64,000 bases of DNA, taken from positions 11,965 through 75,964 of the forward strand of contig JACZSL010000002.1 of NCBI GenBank assembly GCA_022574205.1. Reading direction: 5' to 3'. Below, piece by piece: positions 1 to 10,038 of the stretch. The translations under genes and the position numbers were made by a program. A model generated the notes under the pieces. It was not told where the DNA came from. It was given only the letters and a program-made list of their open reading frames with translations, and did not search any database. The stretch's first letter is position 1. The number at the start of each line of letters is the position of its first letter. The stretch comes from Patescibacteria group bacterium. GTDB lineage: Bacteria; Patescibacteriota; Minisyncoccia; Phycocordibacterales; JACZSL01.

Positions 1-3000
1 TTTCAATTCTTTATTAGCTGAAAATGCAACATGTCCATAGTCACTTGTTGCGAAATTTTGTTTCTTACGAAGACTTTGAATAAAACGAGTGACTTCGCGT
101 ACTGTTCCTTCTTCTATTAATTCAGGGGATAGGTGAGTGTTTAGTCCTACTTTATCTCCAAGTGATTTTTTAAACACAATCTCTTTTATATTTACTTCGC
201 TCAAAATAAGAGATAGGAGCTCTTCTTCTTTCTCTAGAGTTTTTTCTCCAATGAAAAGTGTCTGCAGTGGTTGCCGTACACGGGTTCCCGCTAGTTCACG
301 TGCTTCAAGACTTGCAGATACAACATTTCGAACATGTGTCATTTTTTCCAAAAGTTTTTTGTCTATCCTGCCCGCAATCGGCCAGCTTTCAAGATGAACG
401 CTTTCTTTTTCTTCTCCTTTGGATACGCCAAGATATATTATCTCTGCAATAAACGGCATAAACGGAGCAATGAGTTTTGACAACTCTATTAATACGAACC
501 GTGTTGTGGCAAGTGCATATTGCTTGTCTTCTTCATCATCACCCTTGAAGCGGTCGCGGGAACGACGGACATACCATGTTGAAAAGTCTGTGACAAATTC
601 CCTAATGGGACGAGACGCCTTGATCGTATTGAATCCTTCAAGGTTATTTGTTACTTCGTTATTAAGTTCTGCCAGCCGTGAGAGGATCCATTTATCAAGT
701 ACGTTCTTGCTATTATACGGCTTAACAGAGGCGTTATATTGGTCCTTATAGAGTCCGTAGAATTTAAAGATGTTGAAGAGAATTGTGACCAAACGATTTT
801 TAACTTCTTTAACATCATTGTCAGTAAACCGCATGTCTTCTGCTTGCATGACAACACTTCGCATCAAATAGTAGCGAAGTGCGTCAGAACCAAATTCGTT
901 TATTAACTCCATTGGGTCCGTGAAATTATTTTTTGATTTTGCTATTTTGCTGCCGTCCTCGGCCAAAATATTTCCTGTTGTAATAACATTTTTAAATGCT
1001 ATGTCACCAAAAAGTGCTGTTCCCAGTACGTGCAGATAATAAAACCATGTTCTGGTTTGTCCTATGTATTCCGCTATAAAGTCTCCGGGGCTTCTCTTTT
1101 CAAAAACCTTTTTGTTTTCAAATGGGTAATGATATTCTGCAAATGGCACTGACCCACTATCAACCCAACCGTCTAACACTTCTGGCACGCGTTCAAGTTC
1201 CTCTCCACCCTTACTAACAAGTTTTATGTTATCTATATACGGACGATGGAGATCGAGTTCAAAATTTTCGTTATGCGGTAGCGGAACAAAATCACATGAC
1301 TTAAATTTGCTTGTGTTTATATAATCTTCTTCATAACCGCGAAGATTTGCTACTTCTTTTTTAGTCGTAGCTCCTTTTGCAATAGCGTCAATCATCCACA
1401 CTCCGTATTCATGTGTAACAATCAAAATATTTTTATTAGTGTACTTCGCGTCAATTTCATAAAGAAACTCCGCTATACGTTTCTTCATGTCTAGGATATT
1501 CTCTCCATCTTTTGGTCGCTTAACCATCTTCTCTTCAATTGAAGAAAAGAAATCTCTGTACTCTTGGATTGGTCTTCCGTTATAAACTCCTGATTGTATT
1601 TCACGAATGCGTTCTTCTGTGATCAGCTTATTTTTCGGTAGCCCAAGCGTCTCTCTTACAATCTCGGCTGTTTCTTGTGTGCGAAAAAGCGGAGACGCAA
1701 AGATAAGATCTATCTTTTTCTTTGATAGTTTTCTGGCAGAGATCGATACATTTTTTCTGCCAAGCTCAGTTAGGTGTGAAGGTACAGAATTATCCGCGCT
1801 AATAATATTATTAACATTACTATCTGCCCCTCCATGTCGCATTATCGTGTACGTATTTAGGGATGACTTAATGTGACTCTTAAGTTCAGCGAGCGAACCT
1901 ATTACCACAATATCACCTCCTTTGGACTTCCAAATCGGAAGAGGTGAAGCCCAGTAACGGTTTCTAGAGATCGTCCAATCTGGCGCGCTCTTTAGATTGT
2001 GTAGAAATCTACCGTTCTTTAAATGCCCCGGGAACCAATTTATCTTTTTGTTATTTTTTATCAGTTTTCTCTTAATTTTCTGAATGTTTATAAACCAAGA
2101 AGACAATGCATTATATAAGAGAGCGGTTCCACACCGGTGACAGTGCGGATACGAGTGAGTGTAGTTGTCGCGACTAAACATAAGTCCCCGCTTTTCTAAA
2201 TCATCCTTTACCTTCTTTTCTGCCTTTTTAAAATATTCGCCGCGAATAAGTTTCGGAGCGAGATCGTTAAAGTGTCCATTTGGGTTTAAGAGTTGTACTT
2301 GTGGTAGATTGATTTTGAAGCCGAGGTCGTAGTCATCTTCTCCGTACATTACAGCTGTGTGCACTATCCCGGTGCCCTCGTCTGTCGTAACAAAGTCTGC
2401 TTCCGTAACATAGTGAGATTTCTTCTTTGTATCTTTTATCGCTAATACTTCAAAAAGCGGTTCGTATTCAATTCCAAGCAACTCTTTCCCTTTTATTTCT
2501 TTAACTTTTGTGTATTCTCCCGCTAAACCAGTTGCTAATATTTTTGTCGCTAATATTACATGCTCATCTCCTTTTGCGACAACGCCATAAACTATGTCCC
2601 TTCCAACCGCAAGCGCAACATTACCGGGAAGCGTCCATGGTGTTGTTGTCCAAGCAAGTAAAAATGTATTCTTTGGAAGATTATGCTTCTTCGGGTTCTT
2701 AACTTTAAACTTTACTGTAACGGCTTCCTCTGTAATGTCTTTGTAACTTCTATCCTGCGCAATCTCCGCTTTTGCCAGGGGTGTCTCGCAATGTGGACAA
2801 TACAAAAGCACCTTGCGTCCTTCGTACAACAACTTCTTGTCGTAGATTTGTTTTAATCCCCACCATACACTTTCGATAAACGAATTGTCCATTGTTTTGT
2901 ATGAATCATCAAAGTGAACCCAGCGCCCAATTCGATCAATGTATTTTTTCCATTGTTGCTCACAACGAAGTACGGCGTCGCGGCACGTTTGATTAAACTT

Positions 3001-3342
3001 CTCTACGCCTATTTCTTCAATTTCTTTTTTAGTTTTGAGACCGAGTTCCCCCTCGACCATGTTTTCGATTGGGAGACCGTGACAATCCCAACCCCACCTT
3101 CGACGCACATGGTACCCGCGCATGGTCTTGTATCGTGGAATAACGTCTTTAATAATTGAGCTTAAAAGGTTTCCGGCGTGCGGGAGACCGGTAGCAAACG
3201 GAGGGCCGTCGTAGAAGACAAATTCCCCTTTTGGGGCCCTTTTTTCAAGGCTTTTTTCGAAAATTTGGTTTTTTTGCCAAAAAGCTAGAATCTCTTCCTC
3301 TCGTTTCGCCGTTTCACTTATTTTACGCTTACTTTCCAGCAT
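1..3342 (-). CDS. ileS: Isoleucine--tRNA ligase (type 2-like) with an inserted histidine-phosphatase domain; 3' end runs off the window
   Basis: Manual translation from ATG 3342 (not in the ORF track): FYDGPPFATGLPHAGN, GWDCHGLP, WTTTPWTLP, GTGIVH, DWTISRNRYW; RHG phosphatase motif at 1831-1839; KIAKS at 934-948. Confidence 0.95.
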   Translation of the reverse strand, partial: MLESKRKISETAKREEEILAFWQKNQIFEKSLEKRAPKGEFVFYDGPPFATGLPHAGNLLSSIIKDVIPRYKTMRGYHVRRRWGWDCHGLPIENMVEGELGLKTKKEIEEIGVEKFNQTCRDAVLRCEQQWKKYIDRIGRWVHFDDSYKTMDNSFIESVWWGLKQIYDKKLLYEGRKVLLYCPHCETPLAKAEIAQDRSYKDITEEAVTVKFKVKNPKKHNLPKNTFLLAWTTTPWTLPGNVALAVGRDIVYGVVAKGDEHVILATKILATGLAGEYTKVKEIKGKELLGIEYEPLFEVLAIKDTKKKSHYVTEADFVTTDEGTGIVHTAVMYGEDDYDLGFKINLPQVQLLNPNGHFNDLAPKLIRGEYFKKAEKKVKDDLEKRGLMFSRDNYTHSYPHCHRCGTALLYNALSSWFINIQKIKRKLIKNNKKINWFPGHLKNGRFLHNLKSAPDWTISRNRYWASPLPIWKSKGGDIVVIGSLAELKSHIKSSLNTYTIMRHGGADSNVNNIISADNSVPSHLTELGRKNVSISARKLSKKKIDLIFASPLFRTQETAEIVRETLGLPKNKLITEERIREIQSGVYNGRPIQEYRDFFSSIEEKMVKRPKDGENILDMKKRIAEFLYEIDAKYTNKNILIVTHEYGVWMIDAIAKGATTKKEVANLRGYEEDYINTSKFKSCDFVPLPHNENFELDLHRPYIDNIKLVSKGGEELERVPEVLDGWVDSGSVPFAEYHYPFENKKVFEKRSPGDFIAEYIGQTRTWFYYLHVLGTALFGDIAFKNVITTGNILAEDGSKIAKSKNNFTDPMELINEFGSDALRYYLMRSVVMQAEDMRFTDNDVKEVKNRLVTILFNIFKFYGLYKDQYNASVKPYNSKNVLDKWILSRLAELNNEVTNNLEGFNTIKASRPIREFVTDFSTWYVRRSRDRFKGDDEEDKQYALATTRFVLIELSKLIAPFMPFIAEIIYLGVSKGEEKESVHLESWPIAGRIDKKLLEKMTHVRNVVSASLEARELAGTRVRQPLQTLFIGEKTLEKEEELLSLILSEVNIKEIVFKKSLGDKVGLNTHLSPELIEEGTVREVTRFIQSLRKKQNFATSDYGHVAFSANKELK

Positions 3343-3407
3343 ATAGAAGCTAATACTAGCACCATTACAATCTTGTGTAAAAATCGAAAGTAGGTCAAAG
3401 TGAAAGA

Positions 3408-4022
3408 GTGAAAGAGTGTGTTTTAAAACATTTTGAGAAAGTAGACAAAAAACTTTTCGAGGCAGTAAGTCCTGAAATGAAAAGGGTGACTCTTGATAAT
3501 GCCAAAAAAACACCCAATGAATATTTTATATCTCTCTGCAGAAGTATCGTCGGCCAACAACTTTCAAGAAAAGCCGCGCGAACTATTTATCTTCGGTTCA
3601 AAGCACTCTTTCCGAAAAACACGATTTCTCCTAAAAAATTACTCAAGTTTACAGAACACGACCTTCGTGGAGTCGGTATGTCATACGGAAAAGCTCGAGC
3701 CTTACGCGACTTAGCAGATAAAATATTAGAGAAGAAAATATCTTTTGCGTGCATTCATGAATATGACAACGAAAAAATTGAGGACATGCTTTTACAAATC
3801 CACGGGGTAGGTCCGTGGACAGTTGAGATGTTTATGATGTTTTCGCTTGGACGCGAAGACATATTTTCAACAAAAGACTTGGGTCTTCAAAAAGGTGTTC
3901 GGAAGATCTACAATCTCAAATCAAAACCAGACGAAAAGAAAATGGAGAAGATCAGCAAAAAATGGTCCCCTTATCAAACCTACGCCGCTCTTATTCTTTG
4001 GAATTCTGTAGATAATCAATAA
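3408..4022 (+). CDS. alkA: DNA-3-methyladenine glycosylase II (AlkA/HhH-GPD family)
   Basis: SIVGQQLS, HhH motif LLQIHGVGPWT, DLGLQKG, WSPYQTYA. Confidence 0.88.
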   Translation: MKECVLKHFEKVDKKLFEAVSPEMKRVTLDNAKKTPNEYFISLCRSIVGQQLSRKAARTIYLRFKALFPKNTISPKKLLKFTEHDLRGVGMSYGKARALRDLADKILEKKISFACIHEYDNEKIEDMLLQIHGVGPWTVEMFMMFSLGREDIFSTKDLGLQKGVRKIYNLKSKPDEKKMEKISKKWSPYQTYAALILWNSVDNQ

Positions 4023-4026
4023 AAAA

Positions 4027-4064
4027 CAAAAAGCGCCCGTCTAAGCAACGGACGCACTTTTTGT
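4027..4064. terminator. Probable intrinsic terminator between converging genes
   Basis: acaaaaagcgcccgt...acggacgcactttttgt hairpin with A and T tails. Confidence 0.55.
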
Positions 4065-4295
4065 CTTCGGGGCTTTTGGCATCTTAGTATGATAAACTCT
4101 GATGCTTTGGTCATCTCGAGCGCCCACTGATCCGACTGCCCGGTCGATTTCTTCTTCTCTTTCTGCAACAAATATTGCTCCATGGGGTTCGCCTGGAATG
4201 ACGAATGCCCATGGCTTCTGCACTATTCCGCAGGCAATTAGAATACTTTCTTCAGGACTCACCGTAACACTATTACGCTTAGGTGAAATATACAT
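4041..4295 (-). CDS. Small hypothetical protein (84 aa)
   Basis: ATG preceded by GGGAG SD-like sequence; no recognisable family. Confidence 0.45.
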   Translation of the reverse strand: MYISPKRNSVTVSPEESILIACGIVQKPWAFVIPGEPHGAIFVAEREEEIDRAVGSVGARDDQSIRVYHTKMPKAPKTKSASVA

Positions 4296-4488
4296 ATTTT
4301 TCTCCCAAATAAAAGTTACATTGCGGTGTGACTCCTATCTTAATTATGCTCTTTAAAACAAGAGTTAAAAGAGTGCGGGTGTGGACAACTCAAAAATCTG
4401 TGGTTTTACCACAGATTTCATAAGATACCTAGCTTTGTAAAACGAAAACACCCAAGGGGTTTTCATTTACCCCTTGAGCGATTACTTT

Positions 4489-4656
4489 TTACTTGAGTGC
4501 TTCTCTAATCTGTTGCTTTGTCACCAAACTGCGATGACTCATCTGACCCCATATGAAAGAAACTCTCCGCGCTAAACTTTCGTTTGGCGACATACTCCGT
4601 CCTGCTGATTTGCGCAACGTTTCAAGCAATTCTGACGAAGTCTTAAGTTCATTCAT
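4489..4656 (-). CDS. Small hypothetical protein (55 aa, MNELKTSSELLETLRKSAGRSMSPNESLARRVSFIWGQM...)
   Basis: Below the ORF-track cutoff; AAGGAG SD 10 nt before ATG; followed by hairpin caaggggt...accccttg (~4453-4476). Confidence 0.6.
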   Translation of the reverse strand: MNELKTSSELLETLRKSAGRSMSPNESLARRVSFIWGQMSHRSLVTKQQIREALK

Positions 4657-4712
4657 GCTAATTTACTCCTTGCAATCCACCTTGAGCGTAGCAAACGCGC
4701 ATGTGTTGTCAA

Positions 4713-6374
4713 TTACATATGCTCTGGTGTTTTAATACCTAAAAGCCACAGGCCGTTTTGCATTGTGATTTGGAATGCACGAGTCAGCGCAAGGCCGTAT
4801 TTCTCGTTTTTTCCACCAATGACCGGCACATTTGCATACCAACTGTTAAATGCGCTTGCTAACTCGGTTAAATACACCGTCACATGATGCGGCTCATACT
4901 CGACTTTTGCTCGCTTGGCTATTTCAGGAAAACGATAGAGTATCCGTTCAAGCTCTGTCACAACTTTCGGCGCATCTTTAACATCCCCTTCTCCTCCCTT
5001 AGAGAGGAGTGCGAGTGAGCGCGTATGCGCGTACTGAAGATACGGCCCAGAGTCGCCCTCAAAAGAAAGTGCTTTATCAAAATCAAATACAATGTCACGA
5101 CCCGTTGCTTGTTTAAGTATTGAAAACTTAAGCCCTCCTACTGAAATACTTTCCGCAACTGCTTCTTTATCTTTAATATCTCTGTCTTTCATTTTTTCCT
5201 CCACAGCCTTCTCCACCTCTGCCAAAAGCGATTCCGCAGAAATTACGTCTCCTTTTCGCGACGACATCTTGCCGCTTGGTAGCCTCATCATGCCATGTGT
5301 TATGTGCAACATCTTTTTCTCAAGCTTTGGATGCACTTCCCCAAATGCAGCACGCATTACTTTAAAGTATTCTTTTTGTTCTTCTGCAGTAATTGTGATT
5401 GAAAGATCAAGAGAATAATCATTAAATTTCTGCGTCGCAAGACCTAAATCTTTTGTCTCATATGTTGGAAGTCCCTCTGAAGTAATAAAAACCCTTGTAT
5501 GTAAGCCATGTTTTTCGCCGCGATACACAATCGCTCCATCGCTCTCCTCAAATACTTTTTTATTTTCTTCTACAAACTTTTTACCAACACCAACCATTTC
5601 ACTTTCAAAGTAATATTTGTCGAACTTTGTCCCAAGTTTTTTATAAATCTCCTCAAAATGTTCTAGGGAAACCTCGCGCCCACGTTTATACAGTTCGTCT
5701 ACAACAACATCTCCCTTGGAGTAAACTTTTTTATTAATCTCATCTATTGTTTCTTTTGCTTTTACATTATTCTCATATGCCTTAGCACCATATGCATACG
5801 CTTCTCCAAGATATTTTACTGTAACATTTTTCTCTTTCAGCTCCGTCATTCCATAAATCGCTTTTGCAACATGAAGTCCCACATCTCCTTGATAGTTTGC
5901 ACGAATCGTTTCCGCTCCGGAATTTTCTATAAGACGCGCGATGGATTCACCAATGGCGTTTGCCATTAAGTGACCAATGTGCATTTCTTTAAACGGATTG
6001 GGATCAGTGTATTCGACCATAACTTTCTTTCCCTTAAGTGTTTCGTTCTTACCCCATTTTTCCTTTTGATTTATGATCATTTCTGTTTGTGCTGTAAAAA
6101 ACTCTCGAGACAAATGGAAGTTAATAAATCCCGGCCCGGCGACTTCTATTTTTTCAATCTCATCTGTTTTTTTCTTATTTAAAATTTCAACAATCCTTTC
6201 CGCCAATTCTTTAGGGTTCTTGCCCTCATGTTTAGCGCACATCATAGCTATATTCGTCGAAAAATCCCCATTACTGAGCTCATTTGGGTGCTCGAGCAAA
6301 ACCTCCTCGGTTTTTATACCAAGCTTCTTAAGTGCTTTTTGTATTTGCTCCACAATTAACGTATATATGTTCAT
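4713..6374 (-). CDS. argS: Arginine--tRNA ligase
   Basis: VEYTDPNPFKEMHIGH, KMSSRKG, GDSGPYLQYAHTR, C-terminal PEHM. Confidence 0.97.
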   Translation of the reverse strand: MNIYTLIVEQIQKALKKLGIKTEEVLLEHPNELSNGDFSTNIAMMCAKHEGKNPKELAERIVEILNKKKTDEIEKIEVAGPGFINFHLSREFFTAQTEMIINQKEKWGKNETLKGKKVMVEYTDPNPFKEMHIGHLMANAIGESIARLIENSGAETIRANYQGDVGLHVAKAIYGMTELKEKNVTVKYLGEAYAYGAKAYENNVKAKETIDEINKKVYSKGDVVVDELYKRGREVSLEHFEEIYKKLGTKFDKYYFESEMVGVGKKFVEENKKVFEESDGAIVYRGEKHGLHTRVFITSEGLPTYETKDLGLATQKFNDYSLDLSITITAEEQKEYFKVMRAAFGEVHPKLEKKMLHITHGMMRLPSGKMSSRKGDVISAESLLAEVEKAVEEKMKDRDIKDKEAVAESISVGGLKFSILKQATGRDIVFDFDKALSFEGDSGPYLQYAHTRSLALLSKGGEGDVKDAPKVVTELERILYRFPEIAKRAKVEYEPHHVTVYLTELASAFNSWYANVPVIGGKNEKYGLALTRAFQITMQNGLWLLGIKTPEHM

Positions 6375-6385
6375 ATGCTATAAGA

Positions 6386-7672
6386 TTACACAAACGAGTC
6401 AGGAATGGGAAAATTTTTGGAGAGTTCAAATATCTCGTACCTAATTTTCTTTTTCGTGTTTGCGTCGTCCATATTTTCTAGTGTGTCGATGATAAGTTCC
6501 GCAACACGTGCACATTCTTTTTCGCCAAACCCGCGAGTTGTAATAGCTGGCGTTCCAAATCTTATACCAGAAGGGTCCATAGGTTTGCGTGGATCGTTTG
6601 CAATCATGTTCATGTTGAGTGTTATGCCAACTTTGTCCAACACCGTTTGCGCGTCTTTACCACCCACATTAAGTGAGCCGAAAACATCTGCAAGAATAAG
6701 ATGGTTTGAAGTTCCGCCAGCAAGCATGCGAATATTTCGCGCATGAAAAACTTTTTCCATGGCTTTTGCGTTTTTCAATATCTGTTTGGTATATTTCTTG
6801 AAAGACGGTGATAATGCTTCTTTGAAACAAACTGCTTTGGCAGCAATTTGGCTCATGTGTGGACCTCCTTGAAGCCCTGGAAATACGGCTTTGTTGACCG
6901 CTTTTGCGAGATCTTCACTATTGCGAACAAGGATCATTCCACCTCGAGGTCCCCGAAGCGTCTTATGTGTTGTTGTAGTTATGACATCAAAACCGTAATC
7001 AAAAGGATTTTTATGAGATCCTCCTGCAATTAACCCTGCAACGTGCGCCATGTCTGCGACAGTGTATGCCCCTACTTCACGACCTATCTCTACAAACTTT
7101 TCATAATCAAGTTCTCGCGAATACGCAGAGTATCCTGCAAGTATTATTTTTGGTTTCTCTTTTTTTGCAGTTTTAAGTAATGCGTCGTAATCAATCTCTC
7201 CAGTTTCCAGATCTTTCATGCCATAGCGTACAAAGTTAAATACTTTTGTCATGACTGTCGCCGGGCTACCATGCGTTAAGTGTCCGCCGTGCGAAAGATC
7301 CATTCCGAGAACGGTATCTCCGGGTTTCATTAATGCAAAAAACATCGCGACATTTGCCGGCGCGCCTGAAAGCGGTTGAACGTTAGCGTATTTACAATTA
7401 AAGAGTTTGCGTGCTCTGTCGCGCGCAAGATTTTCTACATCATCAGTAAACTCTTGCCCACCGTAGTAACGCTTGCCGGGATATCCTTCAGAATATTTGT
7501 TGGTTAAAACGCTGCCAAGAGTCTCGAGCACGGCACGCGAGACGTAGTTTTCCGAAGGGATAAGTTCAAGCCCTTCAGCTTGTCGCTTTTCCTCTCCTTT
7601 TATAGCCTTGTAGATTGCTGCATCCTCGGTTTTTAATCTTGAATGTTCCATATTTATAGTAGTGTCGTCCAT
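6386..7672 (-). CDS. glyA: Serine hydroxymethyltransferase
   Basis: LIPSENY, YSEGYPGKRYYGG, GGHLTHG, TTTTHKTLRGPRGG. Confidence 0.98.
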   Translation of the reverse strand: MDDTTINMEHSRLKTEDAAIYKAIKGEEKRQAEGLELIPSENYVSRAVLETLGSVLTNKYSEGYPGKRYYGGQEFTDDVENLARDRARKLFNCKYANVQPLSGAPANVAMFFALMKPGDTVLGMDLSHGGHLTHGSPATVMTKVFNFVRYGMKDLETGEIDYDALLKTAKKEKPKIILAGYSAYSRELDYEKFVEIGREVGAYTVADMAHVAGLIAGGSHKNPFDYGFDVITTTTHKTLRGPRGGMILVRNSEDLAKAVNKAVFPGLQGGPHMSQIAAKAVCFKEALSPSFKKYTKQILKNAKAMEKVFHARNIRMLAGGTSNHLILADVFGSLNVGGKDAQTVLDKVGITLNMNMIANDPRKPMDPSGIRFGTPAITTRGFGEKECARVAELIIDTLENMDDANTKKKIRYEIFELSKNFPIPDSFV

Positions 7673-7749
7673 TGTACCATTTTATAAAAAAGTTAAAAAA
7701 TGAGTGATTTGATGGACGAACTCAAAGAAGGTATGATGAGCGTTATACT

Positions 7750-8217
7750 ATGAGTAAAAATAGCAAAAGCGAAAGAAATAATTTTGTTGACTTGCGTCAT
7801 GCTGCTAGAGACTCAGGATACCATGATGTAATTGCTGATATTTTAGATATTAAAAAATGTCCGTTTTGTCCTGAAAATTTTAAGTGGCACAAAAAACCCA
7901 CACTAGCCAAAGAGCGTGGGTGGTTTATAACTGAAAATACATGGCCATACGAGAATGCAAAACATCACTTCCTCATCATCCCAAAAAAACATATTGTAAC
8001 CATAGATGATGTGAGTGATGAAGATTTTAATGCAGTCAAAAAATTGACACGCGTGGTCAGTGAAAAACATAATATAACCGGAGGAGGCTTAACACTGAGA
8101 TTTGGAGACTCAACATTCACCGGATCAACAGTAACTCACTTACACTTTCATCTCATTGTCCCTGAGTTAGAAAGGGGGGAGAAGAATGCTAAACCTGTGT
8201 ATTTCCCCATTGGATAA
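7750..8217 (+). CDS. HIT-family nucleotide hydrolase
   Basis: CPFC near the N-terminus, HFLIIPKKH, histidine triad HLHFHLI. Confidence 0.85.
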   Translation: MSKNSKSERNNFVDLRHAARDSGYHDVIADILDIKKCPFCPENFKWHKKPTLAKERGWFITENTWPYENAKHHFLIIPKKHIVTIDDVSDEDFNAVKKLTRVVSEKHNITGGGLTLRFGDSTFTGSTVTHLHFHLIVPELERGEKNAKPVYFPIG

Positions 8218-8221
8218 ATGT

Positions 8222-8251
8222 AAAAAAATACGCCGCAACAGCGGTGTATTA
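8222..8251. terminator. Probable terminator between HIT and thyA
   Basis: aatacgccgc-aaca-gcggtgtatt hairpin next to an A-run. Confidence 0.55.
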
Positions 8252-8271
8252 TGTCTGACTTCTCGCAAATA

Positions 8272-9126
8272 CTAAAGCGCGACATCTACCTTTATAAATG
8301 GGTGTGGGTCGTATTCTTCGAGCGTGAAGTCGTTCATGGTGAAGTTAAATATGTCGGTAATTTCGGGGGTCAGTGTTACTTTCGGAAATGGCCGTGGTTC
8401 TCGTTTGAGCTGCTCTCTTGCTCCTTCTTTATGGCTTGCGTACAGATGGGCATCAAGAACGGTGTGTACAAACTCGCCGGGTTTATGCCCAGTAACTTGT
8501 GCTAGCATAAGGAGAAGTAATGAGTACATACCAATGTTGTAAGGTACTCCCACAAAAAAATCGCCACTTCTCTGCGACATATGGAGTGACAATACCCCAT
8601 CTTGGGCAAAGCACATAATGTCGCCGTGGCACGGGGCAAGAAAAGCTTTATCGAGATTCCCCGGATTCCATGTTGTTGCTTTCCATCTACGCCATTCGGG
8701 GTGCTTTTTAAGCCCGTTTACAATCCATTCGATTTGATTAATCTCACGTCCGTCTGCTGTCCGCCAATGAATCCAGTTTGGTCCGTATATGGGCCCAACA
8801 TCACCAGCCTCAAGACCAAGCGGTTCGGAAATCTCTTTGGTTGCCCATGGGTCCCACATGGTGACGCCTTGTTCGTGAAGAAAATCTAATTTGCTCTCGC
8901 CGCGCAAATTCCAAAGTAATTCTGCCACGACATTTTTCCAAAAAACCTTTTTCGTCGTAAGTAATGGAAACTTTCCGCCACTAAGATCAAAGCGCATTGT
9001 GCGAACAAATACTGCAGTGGTGGGGTCATCTTGTGGTCCTTTTTTGGGGGCTGCAGAAAGTAATTCCTCTAGAATCCTCAAGTACTGATATTCTGGATGT
9101 TGCGTTTTATTGGTTGAAGTTGCCAT
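8272..9126 (-). CDS. thyA: Thymidylate synthase
   Basis: FPLLTTKK, ELLW, GPIYG, catalytic PCH, QRSGD, PYN, DAHLY. Confidence 0.96.
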   Translation of the reverse strand: MATSTNKTQHPEYQYLRILEELLSAAPKKGPQDDPTTAVFVRTMRFDLSGGKFPLLTTKKVFWKNVVAELLWNLRGESKLDFLHEQGVTMWDPWATKEISEPLGLEAGDVGPIYGPNWIHWRTADGREINQIEWIVNGLKKHPEWRRWKATTWNPGNLDKAFLAPCHGDIMCFAQDGVLSLHMSQRSGDFFVGVPYNIGMYSLLLLMLAQVTGHKPGEFVHTVLDAHLYASHKEGAREQLKREPRPFPKVTLTPEITDIFNFTMNDFTLEEYDPHPFIKVDVAL

Positions 9127-9198
9127 AAATCACCTTTTGTGGATATCTCCAATATCGTCTTAGCTCAAGATACCACGAATGGCAAGTTGTGTAAAAAT

Positions 9199-10029
9199 CT
9201 ATTTGGAAATTGGGATTAAAAATAAAGACACCCCCGCTTGTTTCAACACCATACCGCCATCGCAATTAGACGATCCTTGACTAAAATAACATGTATCGAT
9301 CCCAGAGTGTGCAATTAATTTGGCGCAAACTGAGCAAGGAAAATGCGTGACATATAGCTTGGTACCCCCCAAAGAGAATCCCTCTTTCGCTGCGCGAGCA
9401 ATAATCAGTTGTTCGGCGTGTATGGTTGTGGAGAATTCTTGAAGCTCTCCAACTTCTAAAAAATCACGTATTGCACCGTGCGTATAAGGTTCAGTGTCAT
9501 TTGGAACGCCTTCATTATAAGCCCTCAAAATACATTTACCGTTCTTCACTAGCACAGCTCCAACCTGGCGCCACCAATCACTGCTCTTTTCTGCTTCTTG
9601 ATACGCATTCTGCATAAAAGATTTGTCTTTAGAATATAGAGATTCAGGAGCATTAACAGGATTTGTTGTGATTACAGAATCTTTGTCCCAACGCAAAAAT
9701 ACTGATTTAAAAACCACATCGCTCTCTTTAAAATACTTTTTGTGTATAGATCGCGAGATCTTGTCGTTAATTAGCAAGAGTTTCTCATTAACTAAGCGTG
9801 TAACCGCATTTTCATGTAGGATATTTACTTTAACCCCAAGGGTTATCAATATTTTTCCTACTGTCTTCGTCTCAAGAGATGCTATGTCAGGTTCGTGCGG
9901 CGAAAGTTTTGAGACAAATTTTCTGTCGATAAGATAAACTGTACCAATGGTTTTTTTATACTTAGAAAAGAATTCAAGATACCCTTTATGAATAACGGGA
10001 ACATAAATAATAAGATCTCTCTTGTTCAT
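9199..10029 (-). CDS. dCMP deaminase-family protein with ~130-aa N-terminal extension
   Basis: RQVGAVLV, HAE, THFPCSVCAK zinc-deaminase motifs in the C-terminal half. Confidence 0.85.
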   Translation of the reverse strand: MNKRDLIIYVPVIHKGYLEFFSKYKKTIGTVYLIDRKFVSKLSPHEPDIASLETKTVGKILITLGVKVNILHENAVTRLVNEKLLLINDKISRSIHKKYFKESDVVFKSVFLRWDKDSVITTNPVNAPESLYSKDKSFMQNAYQEAEKSSDWWRQVGAVLVKNGKCILRAYNEGVPNDTEPYTHGAIRDFLEVGELQEFSTTIHAEQLIIARAAKEGFSLGGTKLYVTHFPCSVCAKLIAHSGIDTCYFSQGSSNCDGGMVLKQAGVSLFLIPISK

Positions 10030-10038
10030 TTTTATGAA

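Noticed and set aside
8272-9126. ThyA as a phage-type dCMP hydroxymethylase
   Set aside because: It keeps the dUMP-specific Asn and sits with DHFR, as a canonical ThyA would
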